This document shows positions 48,341-58,601 of a stretch of DNA of 58,674 nucleotides, in pieces. Location: assembly GCA_904420215.1 (NCBI GenBank), contig CAJFUR010000009.1:1-58674 (forward strand), read 5' to 3'. Numbering within the stretch: position 1 is the first letter of the stretch; every line of letters starts with the position of its first letter. Made by a program: the position numbers and the translations under genes. The notes beneath the pieces are model-generated. The model had not been told where the DNA came from and searched no databases. It worked only from the letters and a program-made list of their open reading frames with translations. This DNA is from an uncultured Eggerthellaceae bacterium (GTDB taxonomy: Bacteria > Actinomycetota > Coriobacteriia > Coriobacteriales > Eggerthellaceae).

Positions 48341-48494
48341 TGAGTCAGCGAGGGCGCCCCTGGCGAGTGCGATTGGCGTGAAAGCCCGAGGAAGCGTGCT
48401 TTGGCACGCGACGAGGGCTTGGAGCGCCAAGCGCGCCGCCAGAGGCGCCCGCAGCGTCGGCAAGTTCCGGCGGCCGGCAAGGCCGCCGGAACTA
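48324..48494. repeat. Structured dispersed element, copy B
   Basis: Homologous to 2098-2270; overlaps the rplT TAG. Confidence 0.8.
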
Positions 48495-48845
48495 AAGAGC
48501 CTTCTTGGCCACTTCCGCCACGGCGGCGAACGCGGCGGGGTCGTTCACGGCCATGTCGGAGAGCACCTTGCGGTCCAGCTGCACGCCGGCCTTCTTCAGG
48601 CCGTTCATGAACACGGAATAGGAAAGGCCGTTCAGGCGGGCGGCCGCATTGATGCGCGTGATCCACAGGCGGCGGATTTCGCGCTTCTTGTTGCGGCGGT
48701 CGCGGTACATGTACTGCAGCGAATGCTGCACCTGCTCCTTCGCGGCGCGGTAGGAGCGGGACTTCGCGCCGTAGTAGCCCTTGGCGCGCTTGAGGACGGT
48801 GCGGCGCTTCTTGTGCGCGTTGACCGCGCGCTTCACACGAGACAT
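48492..48845 (-). CDS. rplT: 50S ribosomal protein L20
   Basis: MSRVKRAV...AKGYYG...[13 protein letters not shown]...[10 protein letters not shown]. Confidence 0.98.
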   Translation of the reverse strand: MSRVKRAVNAHKKRRTVLKRAKGYYGAKSRSYRAAKEQVQHSLQYMYRDRRNKKREIRRLWITRINAAARLNGLSYSVFMNGLKKAGVQLDRKVLSDMAVNDPAAFAAVAEVAKKAL

Positions 48846-48864
48846 GTCAGATCACTCCCATCGG

Positions 48865-49062
48865 TTAGCGAAGGCCGAGCTTGCGGGCGACGACCTTCTG
48901 GTCGGCCTTGGCGATTTCGGTTTCATGGCGGAAATTGCGCTTGCGCTTCTGGCTTTTCTTGGTCATGATGTGGCTCTTGTAGGCCTTCGAGCGCATGATC
49001 TTGCCGGAACCGGTGACGCGGAACCGCTTGGCGGTGCCGCGATGCGTCTTCATCTTGGGCAT
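48865..49062 (-). CDS. rpmI: 50S ribosomal protein L35
   Basis: [21 protein letters not shown]. Confidence 0.98.
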   Translation of the reverse strand: MPKMKTHRGTAKRFRVTGSGKIMRSKAYKSHIMTKKSQKRKRNFRHETEIAKADQKVVARKLGLR

Positions 49063-49631
49063 TACTCGTCCTTCCCTTCCTTCTTTTCGTTCTCTTTCTT
49101 CTTCTTCGCCGCCACGGCCGAGGGCAGCGGGGCGATGAGCATGTGCATGTTGCGGCCTTCCATCTTGGGCTGGTTCTCTATGACGGCCACGTCCTTCAAG
49201 TCGTCGGCCAGCCGCTCCAGAATGGTGAGGCCCTGCTCGGGATGAGCCATCTCGCGGCCGCGGAACATGATGGTGATCTTCACCTTGTTGCCGTCGTCCA
49301 AAAAGCGCAGCACGTGCTTCTTCTTGGTCGTGTAGTCGCCCACGTCGATCTTCGGGCGGAACTTCATTTCCTTGGTCTCGATCTTGCTCTGGTTCTTGCG
49401 GGCCTGCTTGGCCTTGATGGCCTGTTCGTACTTGAACTTGCCGTAGTCCATGATGCGGCAGACGGGAGGATCGGCCATCGGGGCGATTTCCACCAGGTCA
49501 AGCCCCTGGTTGTCGGCCACCCGCTGGGCCTCCGCCGTGGTGTAGATGCCCATCTGGGTGCCGTCGAAGCCGATCAGGCGGCACTCGCGGACCGTGATCT
49601 CTTCGTTGAGCCTGGGCTCTTGAGCAGCTAT
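49062..49631 (-). CDS. infC: Translation initiation factor IF-3, probable ATA start
   Basis: RLNEEI...[14 protein letters not shown]...MFRGRE; SD GGAAGGTG 6 nt before ATA at 49631 (alternative GTG at 49640). Confidence 0.95.
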   Translation of the reverse strand: MAAQEPRLNEEITVRECRLIGFDGTQMGIYTTAEAQRVADNQGLDLVEIAPMADPPVCRIMDYGKFKYEQAIKAKQARKNQSKIETKEMKFRPKIDVGDYTTKKKHVLRFLDDGNKVKITIMFRGREMAHPEQGLTILERLADDLKDVAVIENQPKMEGRNMHMLIAPLPSAVAAKKKKENEKKEGKDE

Positions 49632-49669
49632 CGCGCTCACCTTCCTTTCTCGTGCGCCTCGGCGCCCCC

Positions 49670-49802
49670 GGAAAAACAAAACCCGCGGCGCCGAGCCGCG
49701 GGTTCGCTTGCATCGCAAAGGCAGGGCATGCGCTCTGCCGCCATTCGAGCGACCCGCCAGCAGCCGAAGCGCCGATGCAGGTGGAGGCCGTGCCTCGCTT
49801 GA
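49670..49802 (-). ncRNA. L20-leader-like cis-regulatory RNA with terminator
   Basis: The minus strand reads GAGGCACGGCCTC-CACCTG...GCTGGCGGGT, then AACCCGCGGCTCGGCGCCGCGGGTTTTGTTTTT, upstream of infC-rpmI-rplT. Confidence 0.6.
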
Positions 49803-49979
49803 GTAAACAGCTTGCCTATTCTAGCACGTATCGCCGCGCGCGCAAGGGGGCATTTCGCAGCGGACGTGTGCGTTTTGCGAAAAGTTCAGCCGCGGCGTCG
49901 GGAAACGCCCGGGATTGTGCAAACCTACGAAGCGGTCGAAAAGCCACGCCTCCCCACCCGGCGAAAGGAAAATCCCTCC

Positions 49980-52046
49980 ATGGAAATGCTCGAACTCGTC
50001 CTCCTGCTGCTGGGGGCCGTGCTGGTGTCCTCGGTTCTGGACCAGATGATGCCGCGCGTGTCGCTGCCCCTCGTGCAGATCGCCCTCGGCATCGTCATCG
50101 CCGTCATCGCAGGCACGCCCCTGCAGGTGAACATGGACCCCGAGCTGTTCTTGGTGCTGTTCATTGCGCCATTGCTTTTCGACGAGGCGCGGCACGCCAA
50201 CAAGCGGGCGCTCTGGCAAAACAAAGGCGCCATCCTCTCCTTGGCAGTGGGCCTCGTTCTGGCCACGGTGCTGGTGGTCGGCTTCGTCCTGCACTGGATA
50301 GAACCCTCCATCCCCTTGGCCGCCGCGTTCGCCATCGGCGCGGCGCTCGGCCCCACCGACGCCGTGGCCGTCACGGCTCTGGGCAAGGACATCAGCCTGA
50401 CCAAGCGGCAGAAGACGCTGCTTTCCGGAGAGGCGCTCATCAACGACGCCTCGGGCGTCGTGTCTTTCCAGTTCGCCATTGCGGCGGCGGTGACGGGAAC
50501 CTTCTCGCTGCTGGAGGCCACGGCCACGTTCCTCGCCAGCTTCTTCGGGGGCATCGCGCTCGGACTGGTGCTGGGGCTGGTTGCCACGTTCGCCCTGCGC
50601 TTCATCCGCAGCAGGGGCTTCGAGAGCGCCACGGTGCACGTGGTGTTCGAGGTGTTCACGCCCTTCATCGTGTTCCTGGTGGCCGAGAGCTTCCACGTGA
50701 GCGGCATTCTGGCCGTGGTGGCCGCCGGGCTGCTCATGACGCTTCTGCCGCAGCGGCGCGCCACGGGAGCCTCCGCGCGCCTGCAGATAGCCTCCGAAAC
50801 CGTGTGGGAAACGCTGGTGTTCGTGGTCAACGGCGTGGTGTTCGTGCTGCTGGGGCTGCAGCTTCCCAAGATCCTCATGCCCACGTGGGACCACGGGCAG
50901 ATGCCGCGGCTGGAGCTGGCGGGGCTGGTGGTGCTGGTGACGGCTCTGGTGGTGGGCGTGCGCTTCCTGTGGGTCTTCGCCATGGAGGCGATGGAAAAAG
51001 ACCGCGCGGGTGGCGGGCGCCGCGCCGGCCTCGGCAAGGCGCAGGCGAAGTCGGCGCTGGTGACCACGCTCGCCGGCCCCAAAGGCGCCGTCACGCTGTC
51101 CATCGCCATGACCATCCCCTTCCTGCTGTCCAGCGGCGAGGCGTTCCCCCACCGCAGCGCGCTCATCTTCATCGCCTCGGGCGTCATCCTGTGCACGCTG
51201 CTTCTGGCCAACTTCGTCGTGCCCCTGCTGGCGCCGACCCCCGAGACTCCCGACGGGGAGGAGGGCAACGCGGCCAGTGTGGACGTGCTGGAGGCAGTGG
51301 TGCGCGAACTCAAGGCGCAACAGACTCCCCAAACCGCCGTGGCCACCGCCTTCGTGGTACGCCAGTACGAGGAGCGCATCAAGCGCCTGCGGCGGCAGAA
51401 CACCTCGGCGCCGTGTTTGGTGGAGCTGCGCGCGCACGTGCTCGAGCAGCAGCGCGCGCTTCTGGAGGCGCGCCGCGCCGAGGGGCTTCTGGACGAGGAC
51501 GAGGCGCAGCGCCACCTCGGCATCGTGGACCGCTCCCAGAAGCTGCTTCTGCGCGCGCACACCCGCCACGCCACATTCGGCGAGGCATGGGGCAAGGCCA
51601 AGGTGGCTTTCATGCGCTTCATGCGCAACCTGACGCGCACGGCGCAGCAGGTGCAGGCCGACGAGACGGAACGCGAGCGCGACCGGCAGGTGAGGGTGGA
51701 GTTGGAGAAGTGCGCCATCGCCTATCTGGAGCCGAAAACGCGCGACGCGGATGCCGAAGTGGCGGAAGGCGCCGCCATGCTCATCGCCGAGAGCCGCGCG
51801 ACGCTGGCCGCCTTGGAGTCCCCCATCTGGCGCGGCGGGAAGGACGGCGGCGCGCTGGCCGGCATGGCGGGCGTGGCTGCCGCGCGCGAGAGCGCCAAGG
51901 CGGGCATCGCCGACGTGGAGGCCGAGGCGCTCAGGCTGGAGCTCGACGAGATACAGCGCATGCGCGAAAGCGGGCGCATCGACCGCGCCACGGCCTCCAA
52001 CCTGCGCGAGGAAGTCTACCTGCTGCAAATGACCACGGGCGACTAG
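49980..52046 (+). CDS. CPA1 family Na+/H+ antiporter (NhaP/YjcE-like)
   Basis: PELFLVLFIAPLLF, LGPTDAVAV, GEALINDASG, SGILAVV, GPKGAVTL; long C-terminal cytoplasmic domain. Confidence 0.93.
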   Translation: MEMLELVLLLLGAVLVSSVLDQMMPRVSLPLVQIALGIVIAVIAGTPLQVNMDPELFLVLFIAPLLFDEARHANKRALWQNKGAILSLAVGLVLATVLVVGFVLHWIEPSIPLAAAFAIGAALGPTDAVAVTALGKDISLTKRQKTLLSGEALINDASGVVSFQFAIAAAVTGTFSLLEATATFLASFFGGIALGLVLGLVATFALRFIRSRGFESATVHVVFEVFTPFIVFLVAESFHVSGILAVVAAGLLMTLLPQRRATGASARLQIASETVWETLVFVVNGVVFVLLGLQLPKILMPTWDHGQMPRLELAGLVVLVTALVVGVRFLWVFAMEAMEKDRAGGGRRAGLGKAQAKSALVTTLAGPKGAVTLSIAMTIPFLLSSGEAFPHRSALIFIASGVILCTLLLANFVVPLLAPTPETPDGEEGNAASVDVLEAVVRELKAQQTPQTAVATAFVVRQYEERIKRLRRQNTSAPCLVELRAHVLEQQRALLEARRAEGLLDEDEAQRHLGIVDRSQKLLLRAHTRHATFGEAWGKAKVAFMRFMRNLTRTAQQVQADETERERDRQVRVELEKCAIAYLEPKTRDADAEVAEGAAMLIAESRATLAALESPIWRGGKDGGALAGMAGVAAARESAKAGIADVEAEALRLELDEIQRMRESGRIDRATASNLREEVYLLQMTTGD

Positions 52047-52187
52047 CAATCGGCGCGGCGGTCGGGTCGCGGTGCGCCGGCGGGACGCCACCCTCCCCCG
52101 GCGGGCGCACCGCGGCGGGCGTTCCCGCCGCCACGCCCGCGCGCACGACGGTTGCACCTGCATGCGGCGGGCACCCGGAAGCGCCGG

Positions 52188-52601
52188 CTATTCGGCGCGC
52201 TCGGCCTCGCGCACGGCATGCACCGATTCCGCGCCGACGGTGGGGATGCGCACGAGCATCAGGTAGAGCAGGAAAAGCGCGACGCACCCAAGCACCGCCC
52301 ACACCACGGGCTTCTGCACGAACCATGCGCTCGCGCCCATGACGGCGAACGACACCAGAAGGATGCGCGCCTTCGTGGCGGCGGGAACGCCGCCCGCCCG
52401 CTTGAACGCCCCGACATAGGTCTTGTACACGCGCGTGGAGCGTATCCACGCATGGCAGCGCGGCGAGGACTTCGCGAACAGGAACGTGGCCAGAAGCAGA
52501 AGCGGCGTGGTGGGCAGCACGGGCACGAACACGCCTACGCATCCTAGGATGCAGGCCGCCCATGCGGCGACGAACAGGGCGAAGCGGACGATGCGGCGCA
52601 A
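52188..52601 (-). CDS. YbaN/DUF454 family membrane protein
   Basis: LGCVGVFVPVLPTTPLLLLATFLFAKSSPR; TTG start with SD AAAGGA. Confidence 0.9.
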   Translation of the reverse strand: MRRIVRFALFVAAWAACILGCVGVFVPVLPTTPLLLLATFLFAKSSPRCHAWIRSTRVYKTYVGAFKRAGGVPAATKARILLVSFAVMGASAWFVQKPVVWAVLGCVALFLLYLMLVRIPTVGAESVHAVREAERAE

Positions 52602-52689
52602 GGCGCTTCCTTTCTCGGCAAGGCGGCCGCCCTGCGGCCCGTCGGGATGGCGGGCCGGGGCGGCTGCGTCGGGCCGGGAGCTTGTCGGG

Positions 52690-53877
52690 CTAGGCGTTTA
52701 TGTACACGTAGATGATGCGGATGGTGTCGGCCAGGTTGCCCGACGCGTTCGCGGCGGAATAGTCGTAGGACAGCACCGCCGACCACTCGTGGGGCGCGCC
52801 GCCGATGTCCACCGTTCCCGAGAACGCGCAGCTTTCCTTGACGAGCGTCGTGCCGTCGCTCGCGTAGGTGGAGTACTCCGTCTTGTCCTCCGGCAGCTGC
52901 ACCGACCCCTCGGGCACGTCGATGCCGGCCTCCTGCAGCGTCTTTTCCACGATGTTCTCGTTTCTCACCGCATCGGAGAAGCTGAGCGTCCCGTAGCCGA
53001 GCGCGGCCGTGGAGGCGGAGTAGCCCGCCTGAACGACGGCACCGGCCTCGTTCAGGCCCAAGTACACCGTGGGCGTGCCCGTGCGCGTGTCGGCAGGCTC
53101 GGACGTGAGCGCCAGCGTGACGCTGGACTTGATGGGGTTGCCCTCCTCGTTCACCTCGCGCGCGCTGGCCAAGGTGGCCCCGCGCTGCACCGCCTCGGTG
53201 GCCTGCTCCTGCGTCATGCCCAGAAGCGCCACGAGGTCGGGCGCCTCGGTCTGCTTCTCCACCGGGGTCGCCGCGTCGTCGGTGGCGCCTTCCTGCAGGG
53301 CACTCACCTCCTGCTGCGCGCCCTGCTGCGCCTGCGTCTGCTGCGTCGCCAGAAGCTGGCTTTCCTGCACGAGCATGAAGGTGAAGTAGGCCAGCGCGGC
53401 AATGAGCAGGACCAGAAGGACGGCCACCGCAATGAGCAGGCGGCGCATCCGGCGCGACTTGCGCAAATACGGCGGCACCTCGTCCTTGGAGGGCTTGCCG
53501 TGGCGCCCGGACGGCCCGGGCGCCACGCCTGCGGCGTCGTCCACGAGCGCGGACGGTTCGAGGTGCGGCTCCAGACTTTCCAGGGCATCGGGGTACTCGC
53601 CCTCGTTGTCGCCCCGGTAGCCGAACCCGCCCGCATGCGCGCCCGCCCCCGCGCGGGGCGGCGCATCCGGCGCGGGGCGCCCGCCGCCTTCCACGGGCGG
53701 GAACGCCTGCGTGAGGCCGATGGGCGCGTCCCCGTCGGCCGCAGGGGCCGCGGGGGCGGCCGGATCCGCGGGGTCTTCGCCGGCCACGGGCGGGAACGCC
53801 TCGGTCAGGCCGATGGGCATGTCGCGCGCGTCGGCGCCGCTGGTGCCTTGGGGTGCGTTTGCTGCGTGTTTGGGCAT
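52690..53877 (-). CDS. Hypothetical bitopic membrane protein
   Basis: MPKHAAN start, disordered N-terminus with a duplicated PIGLTxAFPPV motif, one TM helix and an acidic extracellular domain. Confidence 0.75.
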   Translation of the reverse strand: MPKHAANAPQGTSGADARDMPIGLTEAFPPVAGEDPADPAAPAAPAADGDAPIGLTQAFPPVEGGGRPAPDAPPRAGAGAHAGGFGYRGDNEGEYPDALESLEPHLEPSALVDDAAGVAPGPSGRHGKPSKDEVPPYLRKSRRMRRLLIAVAVLLVLLIAALAYFTFMLVQESQLLATQQTQAQQGAQQEVSALQEGATDDAATPVEKQTEAPDLVALLGMTQEQATEAVQRGATLASAREVNEEGNPIKSSVTLALTSEPADTRTGTPTVYLGLNEAGAVVQAGYSASTAALGYGTLSFSDAVRNENIVEKTLQEAGIDVPEGSVQLPEDKTEYSTYASDGTTLVKESCAFSGTVDIGGAPHEWSAVLSYDYSAANASGNLADTIRIIYVYINA

Positions 53878-53962
53878 CGTGGGTCCACCCTGCCTTCCAA
53901 AAACTCGCGGCCCGCCTGCGCGGGGCCGCCTCCGGATTCCGGGCGCGCCGCGGCGGGCGCGG

Positions 53963-54418
53963 CTAGCGAATGACTGCGAAGTAGTACACGACGGCCGCGA
54001 CGATGAGCAGAAGCGCCAGCACGACGATGGCCTTCTGCATGTTCGACATGGGCGCGTCCTCGAGGTCTTCCAGCGTCGTCTCGCGGTAGCCGTCTTCCGG
54101 CACGGCCGCCTTTCGCGCCTGCCGCGCGGCGCGGGCGCCTTCCGCCCCGCGCGCGGGCGCGCCTTCGGGACTGGCCCCGGCGTTGCCGGCGGGTGCGTCC
54201 GGCGCATCGGGCGCGCCAGCAGGCTCCGCGTCCTCCGCAGGCGCCTCCCCGGACTCCGCGCCCGCCTCCGCAGGCTCCGGCGCGCCGGACGCGCCCGCGT
54301 CTGCAGGCCTTGCCGTGTCCGCTGCGCCCGCGCCCGTGCGCACGCCCGCCTGGACGACCACGTCCCCGTCTTCGTCCGACGTGACCGTTATGTGGGAAAA
54401 CTTCCTGTCGCCCTGCAT
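53963..54418 (-). CDS. Hypothetical tail-anchored protein
   Basis: SD GGAAAGGAAGG; acidic low-complexity middle; YRETTLEDLE followed by a C-terminal TM helix. Confidence 0.75.
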   Translation of the reverse strand: MQGDRKFSHITVTSDEDGDVVVQAGVRTGAGAADTARPADAGASGAPEPAEAGAESGEAPAEDAEPAGAPDAPDAPAGNAGASPEGAPARGAEGARAARQARKAAVPEDGYRETTLEDLEDAPMSNMQKAIVVLALLLIVAAVVYYFAVIR

Positions 54419-54451
54419 CGCGGGCCTTCCTTTCCAGCCGGTTACCGGCGA

Positions 54452-55258
54452 TTATAGAGGATTATCGCCGCGGATGCCCCTGTCCACATAATATCCCCCG
54501 GCGGAAAAGCGCCGGCGGTACGTCAGGAAGCACGCCGCGACGATGGCCACGGTGTTGGCGGCCGACAGCATGAGCATGACCACGATCTGGTACTTCGCGG
54601 CAGCCAGGGGGTCGGCGCCGGCCAACAGCTGGCCCGACATCATACCGGGGATGGTGACGATGCCCGCCGCCGACATCGACGCCAGAATGGGCGTCATGCC
54701 CGCCCCGATGGCCGCCTTCAGCGAGGGCAGCGCCGCCTCCTTCGCTGTGGCGCCCAAAGCCACCAGCGTGAACATCTCGTCGGAGCGGGCGTCCATGTCG
54801 GCGAACAGGCGGTCGATGGCCACGGCCGTGGCCGACATGGCGTTGCCGATGATCATGCCCACGATGGGGATGGCCTGCCGCGCCTCGTACCACGGATCGG
54901 CGTGGACGACGCCCTCCACCACCACGAAGCCCACCGTCACCGACGAGACGAACAGCGACACGAACACGGCCGGCCACAGGCCCTTGATGGAACTCTTGAC
55001 GCGCGACGTGGCTATCTGCGTGGCCGCCAGCACCATGGCGGCAAGGGCCAGCAGCACGAGCCACCACGTCTGGTACTGGAACAGGTACGAGAGCACGAAG
55101 CCCGCAGCCAGAAGCTGCACGAAGGTGCGCACCGACGACACGACGATGCGCCGGGTCTGCCCCAGCTCCAGCTTCCACGAAACCACCCCCGCCACCAGCA
55201 TGAGGGCGCTCGCCGCGAACAGCTCCACGTAGCCGATGTCCACCACGCCGCCGCTCAT
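54452..55258 (-). CDS. ABC permease, FetB/YbbM (UPF0014) family
   Basis: RTFVQLLAAG, IPIVGMIIGNAM, GIVTIPGMMSGQLLAGADPLAAAKYQ. Confidence 0.92.
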   Translation of the reverse strand: MSGGVVDIGYVELFAASALMLVAGVVSWKLELGQTRRIVVSSVRTFVQLLAAGFVLSYLFQYQTWWLVLLALAAMVLAATQIATSRVKSSIKGLWPAVFVSLFVSSVTVGFVVVEGVVHADPWYEARQAIPIVGMIIGNAMSATAVAIDRLFADMDARSDEMFTLVALGATAKEAALPSLKAAIGAGMTPILASMSAAGIVTIPGMMSGQLLAGADPLAAAKYQIVVMLMLSAANTVAIVAACFLTYRRRFSAGGYYVDRGIRGDNPL

Positions 55259-56097
55259 GCGCGCCGCCCCCCGTCGGCCGCATCGGGCGCGGCGGGCGGG
55301 GCGCCTGCGCCGGCAGGGCCGGCCGCGTCCGGCCCTGCCGGCGCGAACGACGGGTGGGCGAGGCCCTGCACGGCCGCGTAGTCCCGCGGGTCGAAGCCCG
55401 CGGCGCACGGCACGTCCCCGGACGCCGCAGGCCCCGCGGCGGACGAAAGCGCGCCGCCGCGCAGCTCGAACACGCGCGCGGCGAACCCGTCGGAGGCCCG
55501 GTGCCTGATGCGCAGACAGGCCATGCGCGGCCCCACCAGCGCCCTCGTCAGGCGCCCGACCGCGCAGGCGGACGCGTCGTCGAGCGCGGCGTCCACCTCG
55601 TCGAGCAGCAGGACCTCGGGACCGGCGGCGAACGCGCGCAGGAGGGCGACGCGCGCCTGCTGGCCGCCGGAAAGCCGCGCCACGTCGCGGTCGAGCCCCA
55701 CCCCGTCCAGCTCGGCGAGGCGCATCAGCTCGCGCAGGACGCCGTCCGCGGGCGGCCCGCCGCCCTCGCGCACCTTCAGCTTCCAGGGAAGCAGCAGGTT
55801 GTCGCGCACCGAGCCCGGCAGAAGCGAGGGCTTCTGGGGCACCAGGCACACGCGCCGGCGCCACTCGCACGGCTTGAACCCCGACGCGGGCGCGCCCTCC
55901 AGAAACAGCTCTCCCGCCGTGCGCTCCATCATGAGCGCGCAGGCGCGCAGAAGCGTGGACTTGCCCGCGCCCGAAGGCCCCGTCAAGTCGCAGATGTCGC
56001 CCCCGTCTAGGGAAAACGACACGTCCTCGAACAGCGGGAGGTCCCGCTCGCCCGCAAGGTAGGACACCGAGATATGTTCGGCCCTGAAAAGCTCCAT
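55255..56097 (-). CDS. ABC ATP-binding protein, FetA/YbbL-like
   Basis: GPSGAGKST, LSGGQQAR and LLLDEVDAALD; ATGA-coupled to the permease. Confidence 0.9.
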   Translation of the reverse strand: MELFRAEHISVSYLAGERDLPLFEDVSFSLDGGDICDLTGPSGAGKSTLLRACALMMERTAGELFLEGAPASGFKPCEWRRRVCLVPQKPSLLPGSVRDNLLLPWKLKVREGGGPPADGVLRELMRLAELDGVGLDRDVARLSGGQQARVALLRAFAAGPEVLLLDEVDAALDDASACAVGRLTRALVGPRMACLRIRHRASDGFAARVFELRGGALSSAAGPAASGDVPCAAGFDPRDYAAVQGLAHPSFAPAGPDAAGPAGAGAPPAAPDAADGGRRA

Positions 56098-56506
56098 GCC
56101 CCCATGGTAACACGCCCCGCCCCGCCGGGAAACCGGGCGGGGCGGGGCGTGGGCCCGTGCGCGAACGGCGATTCCAGACAGGTCCCCTTCCCCGGCAAAC
56201 AGGAGGAGCAACCCGTAGCGCCTGATTGGCCAGCCGACACGCAACGCCGTTCGCGCACGGGCCCCCGGCAGTCCCCGGCCCCGCTGCCGGCTGCCGGGCC
56301 CCGTTGCCGCCGTTCGCGGCCCGCAACGGGACGAAAACGTTTCGTTCGCGTAAAAATCGGCATTCCGGGCACTATGTTGTACTAAAGTATGCACGGTATG
56401 CTACCGCACGGGAAGGGCCGGCAATGCCGCCCGCGTGCAAGGCGAGGGCGGAAACGCCCACTGGAGGGCCCCGGAAAACGCGGGGCTTGAGGGAAGGAGA
56501 ACCATC

Positions 56507-58153
56507 ATGCAGGAAAGCAAGACGGCGTTCAGCAGGCGCCGGTTCGTCGAGCTGCTCGGCGGCGCGGCCGCCAGCTTCGGCCTCGTCAGCCTCGCCGGCT
56601 GCGGCGGTGGCGGCGGCGAACAGCCCAGCGACGAGGGCGAAGGCGGCGAGGGCGCGGCCAGCGGCCTGTCTGACACCATCACCTACAGCCTCACGGCCGA
56701 CCCGCGCGCGCTCGACCCGGCCTACTTCGACGACGGCGAGTCGGCCGTCGTGTCGTGCAACATCTACGAGGGCCTCTACCAGTACGGCCGCACCGACGCC
56801 TCGGTGCTGCCCTGCCTGGCCACCGACCTGCCGGAAATTTCCGACGACGGCTTGGAATACACCATCAAGCTGCGCGAGGGCATCAAGTTCCACGACGGCG
56901 CCGAGTTCAACGCCGAGGCCGTGAAGACCTCCATCGAGCGCCTGCTGGAACCCAACCGCAACTCCGACATGCCCTACGCCTCGTTCGTGTTCGGCGAGGA
57001 GGCGGCCGAAAACGGCGTGGCCAGCGTGGAGGCCGTCGATGCCACCACGGTGAAGATCACCCTGCGCGCGGCGTCCACGCCCTTCATCAAGAACCTCGCC
57101 ATGGCGCTTGCGGCCCCCATCGTCTCTCCCACGGCCATCGCGGCGGCCACGGACGGCCAGCCCATCGCCGAGCCCGCCGGCACCGGCCCCTACAAGTTCG
57201 TGGACTGGACGAAGGGCGCCTCGGTCACGCTGGTCGCCAACGAGGAGTACTGGGACACCGCCAACGCCCCCAAGACGAAGAACCTCGTCTTCCGCGTCAT
57301 CACCGAAGGCAACACCCGCATCACCTCGCTTCTGAACAACGAGTGCGACATCATCTCGAGCGTCGATCCCTCTGCGGTCAGCCAGATCACCGACGGCGGC
57401 TTCGAGCTGTTCGCCGAGGACGGCATGACCATCAACTACATGGCGTTCAACACCGAAACGGGCGTGGGCACCGACCAAGAGGTGCGCAAGGCCATCGCCC
57501 AGGCCATCAACGTCGAGGAAATGGTACAGACCATCTACGGCGACTACGCCACGCTGGCGAACTCCGTCATGCCCATCTGGATGGCGCCGTACTGCGAGAA
57601 CGTCAAGCAGACCGCCTACGACCCCGAGGCAGCCAAGGCCACGCTCGAGGCCAAGGGCATCACGTCGCTGCAGTGCATCACCTACACCACCGCCCGCCCC
57701 TACAACCAGAAGGGCGGCAGCGAGCTCGCCCGCCTCATCCAGGGCTACCTGGCCGAGGTCGGCGTGGACGTGAACATCGTCGAGTACGACTGGACCACGT
57801 ACAAGACCAAGCTGCAGACCGACCCGTATGACATCTGCTTCTACGGCTGGACCGGCGACAACGGCGACCCCGACAACTTCATGAACCTGCTCGCCGACAC
57901 GAACTGGTCCACCAACGTGGCGCACTGGCAGGACGAGGAGTACAAGGCGCTCATCGCGCAGGGCCTCGCCACGCCGGACGGCGACGAGCGCGACGCCATC
58001 TACCTGCAGTGCGAGGAAATGGTCGCGGAGAAGCAGCCGTGGGTGCTCATCTCGCATTCCCAGAACCTGCTCGGCGTCAACCCGAAGGTGAAGGACTTCT
58101 ACTACCATCCCACGGGAGTCGTGTTCTTCAAGCACGTGTCCAAGGAGGCATAA
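56507..58153 (+). CDS. Peptide/nickel ABC substrate-binding lipoprotein (family 5) with Tat signal
   Basis: SRRRFV twin-Arg motif, lipobox LAGC, LREGIKFHDG, GTGPYKF and GWTGDNGDPDNF. Confidence 0.93.
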   Translation: MQESKTAFSRRRFVELLGGAAASFGLVSLAGCGGGGGEQPSDEGEGGEGAASGLSDTITYSLTADPRALDPAYFDDGESAVVSCNIYEGLYQYGRTDASVLPCLATDLPEISDDGLEYTIKLREGIKFHDGAEFNAEAVKTSIERLLEPNRNSDMPYASFVFGEEAAENGVASVEAVDATTVKITLRAASTPFIKNLAMALAAPIVSPTAIAAATDGQPIAEPAGTGPYKFVDWTKGASVTLVANEEYWDTANAPKTKNLVFRVITEGNTRITSLLNNECDIISSVDPSAVSQITDGGFELFAEDGMTINYMAFNTETGVGTDQEVRKAIAQAINVEEMVQTIYGDYATLANSVMPIWMAPYCENVKQTAYDPEAAKATLEAKGITSLQCITYTTARPYNQKGGSELARLIQGYLAEVGVDVNIVEYDWTTYKTKLQTDPYDICFYGWTGDNGDPDNFMNLLADTNWSTNVAHWQDEEYKALIAQGLATPDGDERDAIYLQCEEMVAEKQPWVLISHSQNLLGVNPKVKDFYYHPTGVVFFKHVSKEA

Positions 58154-58175
58154 GGCGCCGCACGCCGCATGTCCG

Positions 58176-58204
58176 AGGCGCCCCGGAGACGGGGCGCCTT
58201 TTTT
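58176..58204 (+). terminator. Intrinsic terminator after the binding-protein gene
   Basis: AGGCGCCCC-GGAGAC-GGGGCGCCT followed by a T-run. Confidence 0.85.
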
Positions 58205-58601
58205 GTGGGCCGCCGCCTGCGGGGCGCTTGCCGCGGGATGGCACGGGGCCAGTCCCGCACAGCGGCGCCCGCGGCAGCCCCCGCCGCGGGCGCCGCGGGG
58301 CGTTTCGCACGCTTCCACCCGGGATTTGCGCAAAGGATATGCGCTGGGGCATTTCTCGCCGTCGGGTGCCCCTTGTTGCGTTAAACTTGTGGCTTGATCG
58401 TTTTCGACCGGACGACGGCATGTCATCATTTCCCCGGCCCCGTCGCGGCCACGGCGTGATTGCATGCCGTCCACCGATCGCCATCGATCACATTCGGTTC
58501 GCGCTCCCCGCAAAGGAGGCGGCGCCTTGCGGCCGGAAGCGATTCCGGCCTTATTCCTGCCGTTCGCAGGGACGCGGAAGCATGCAAGAAAGGACGAGCA
58601 A

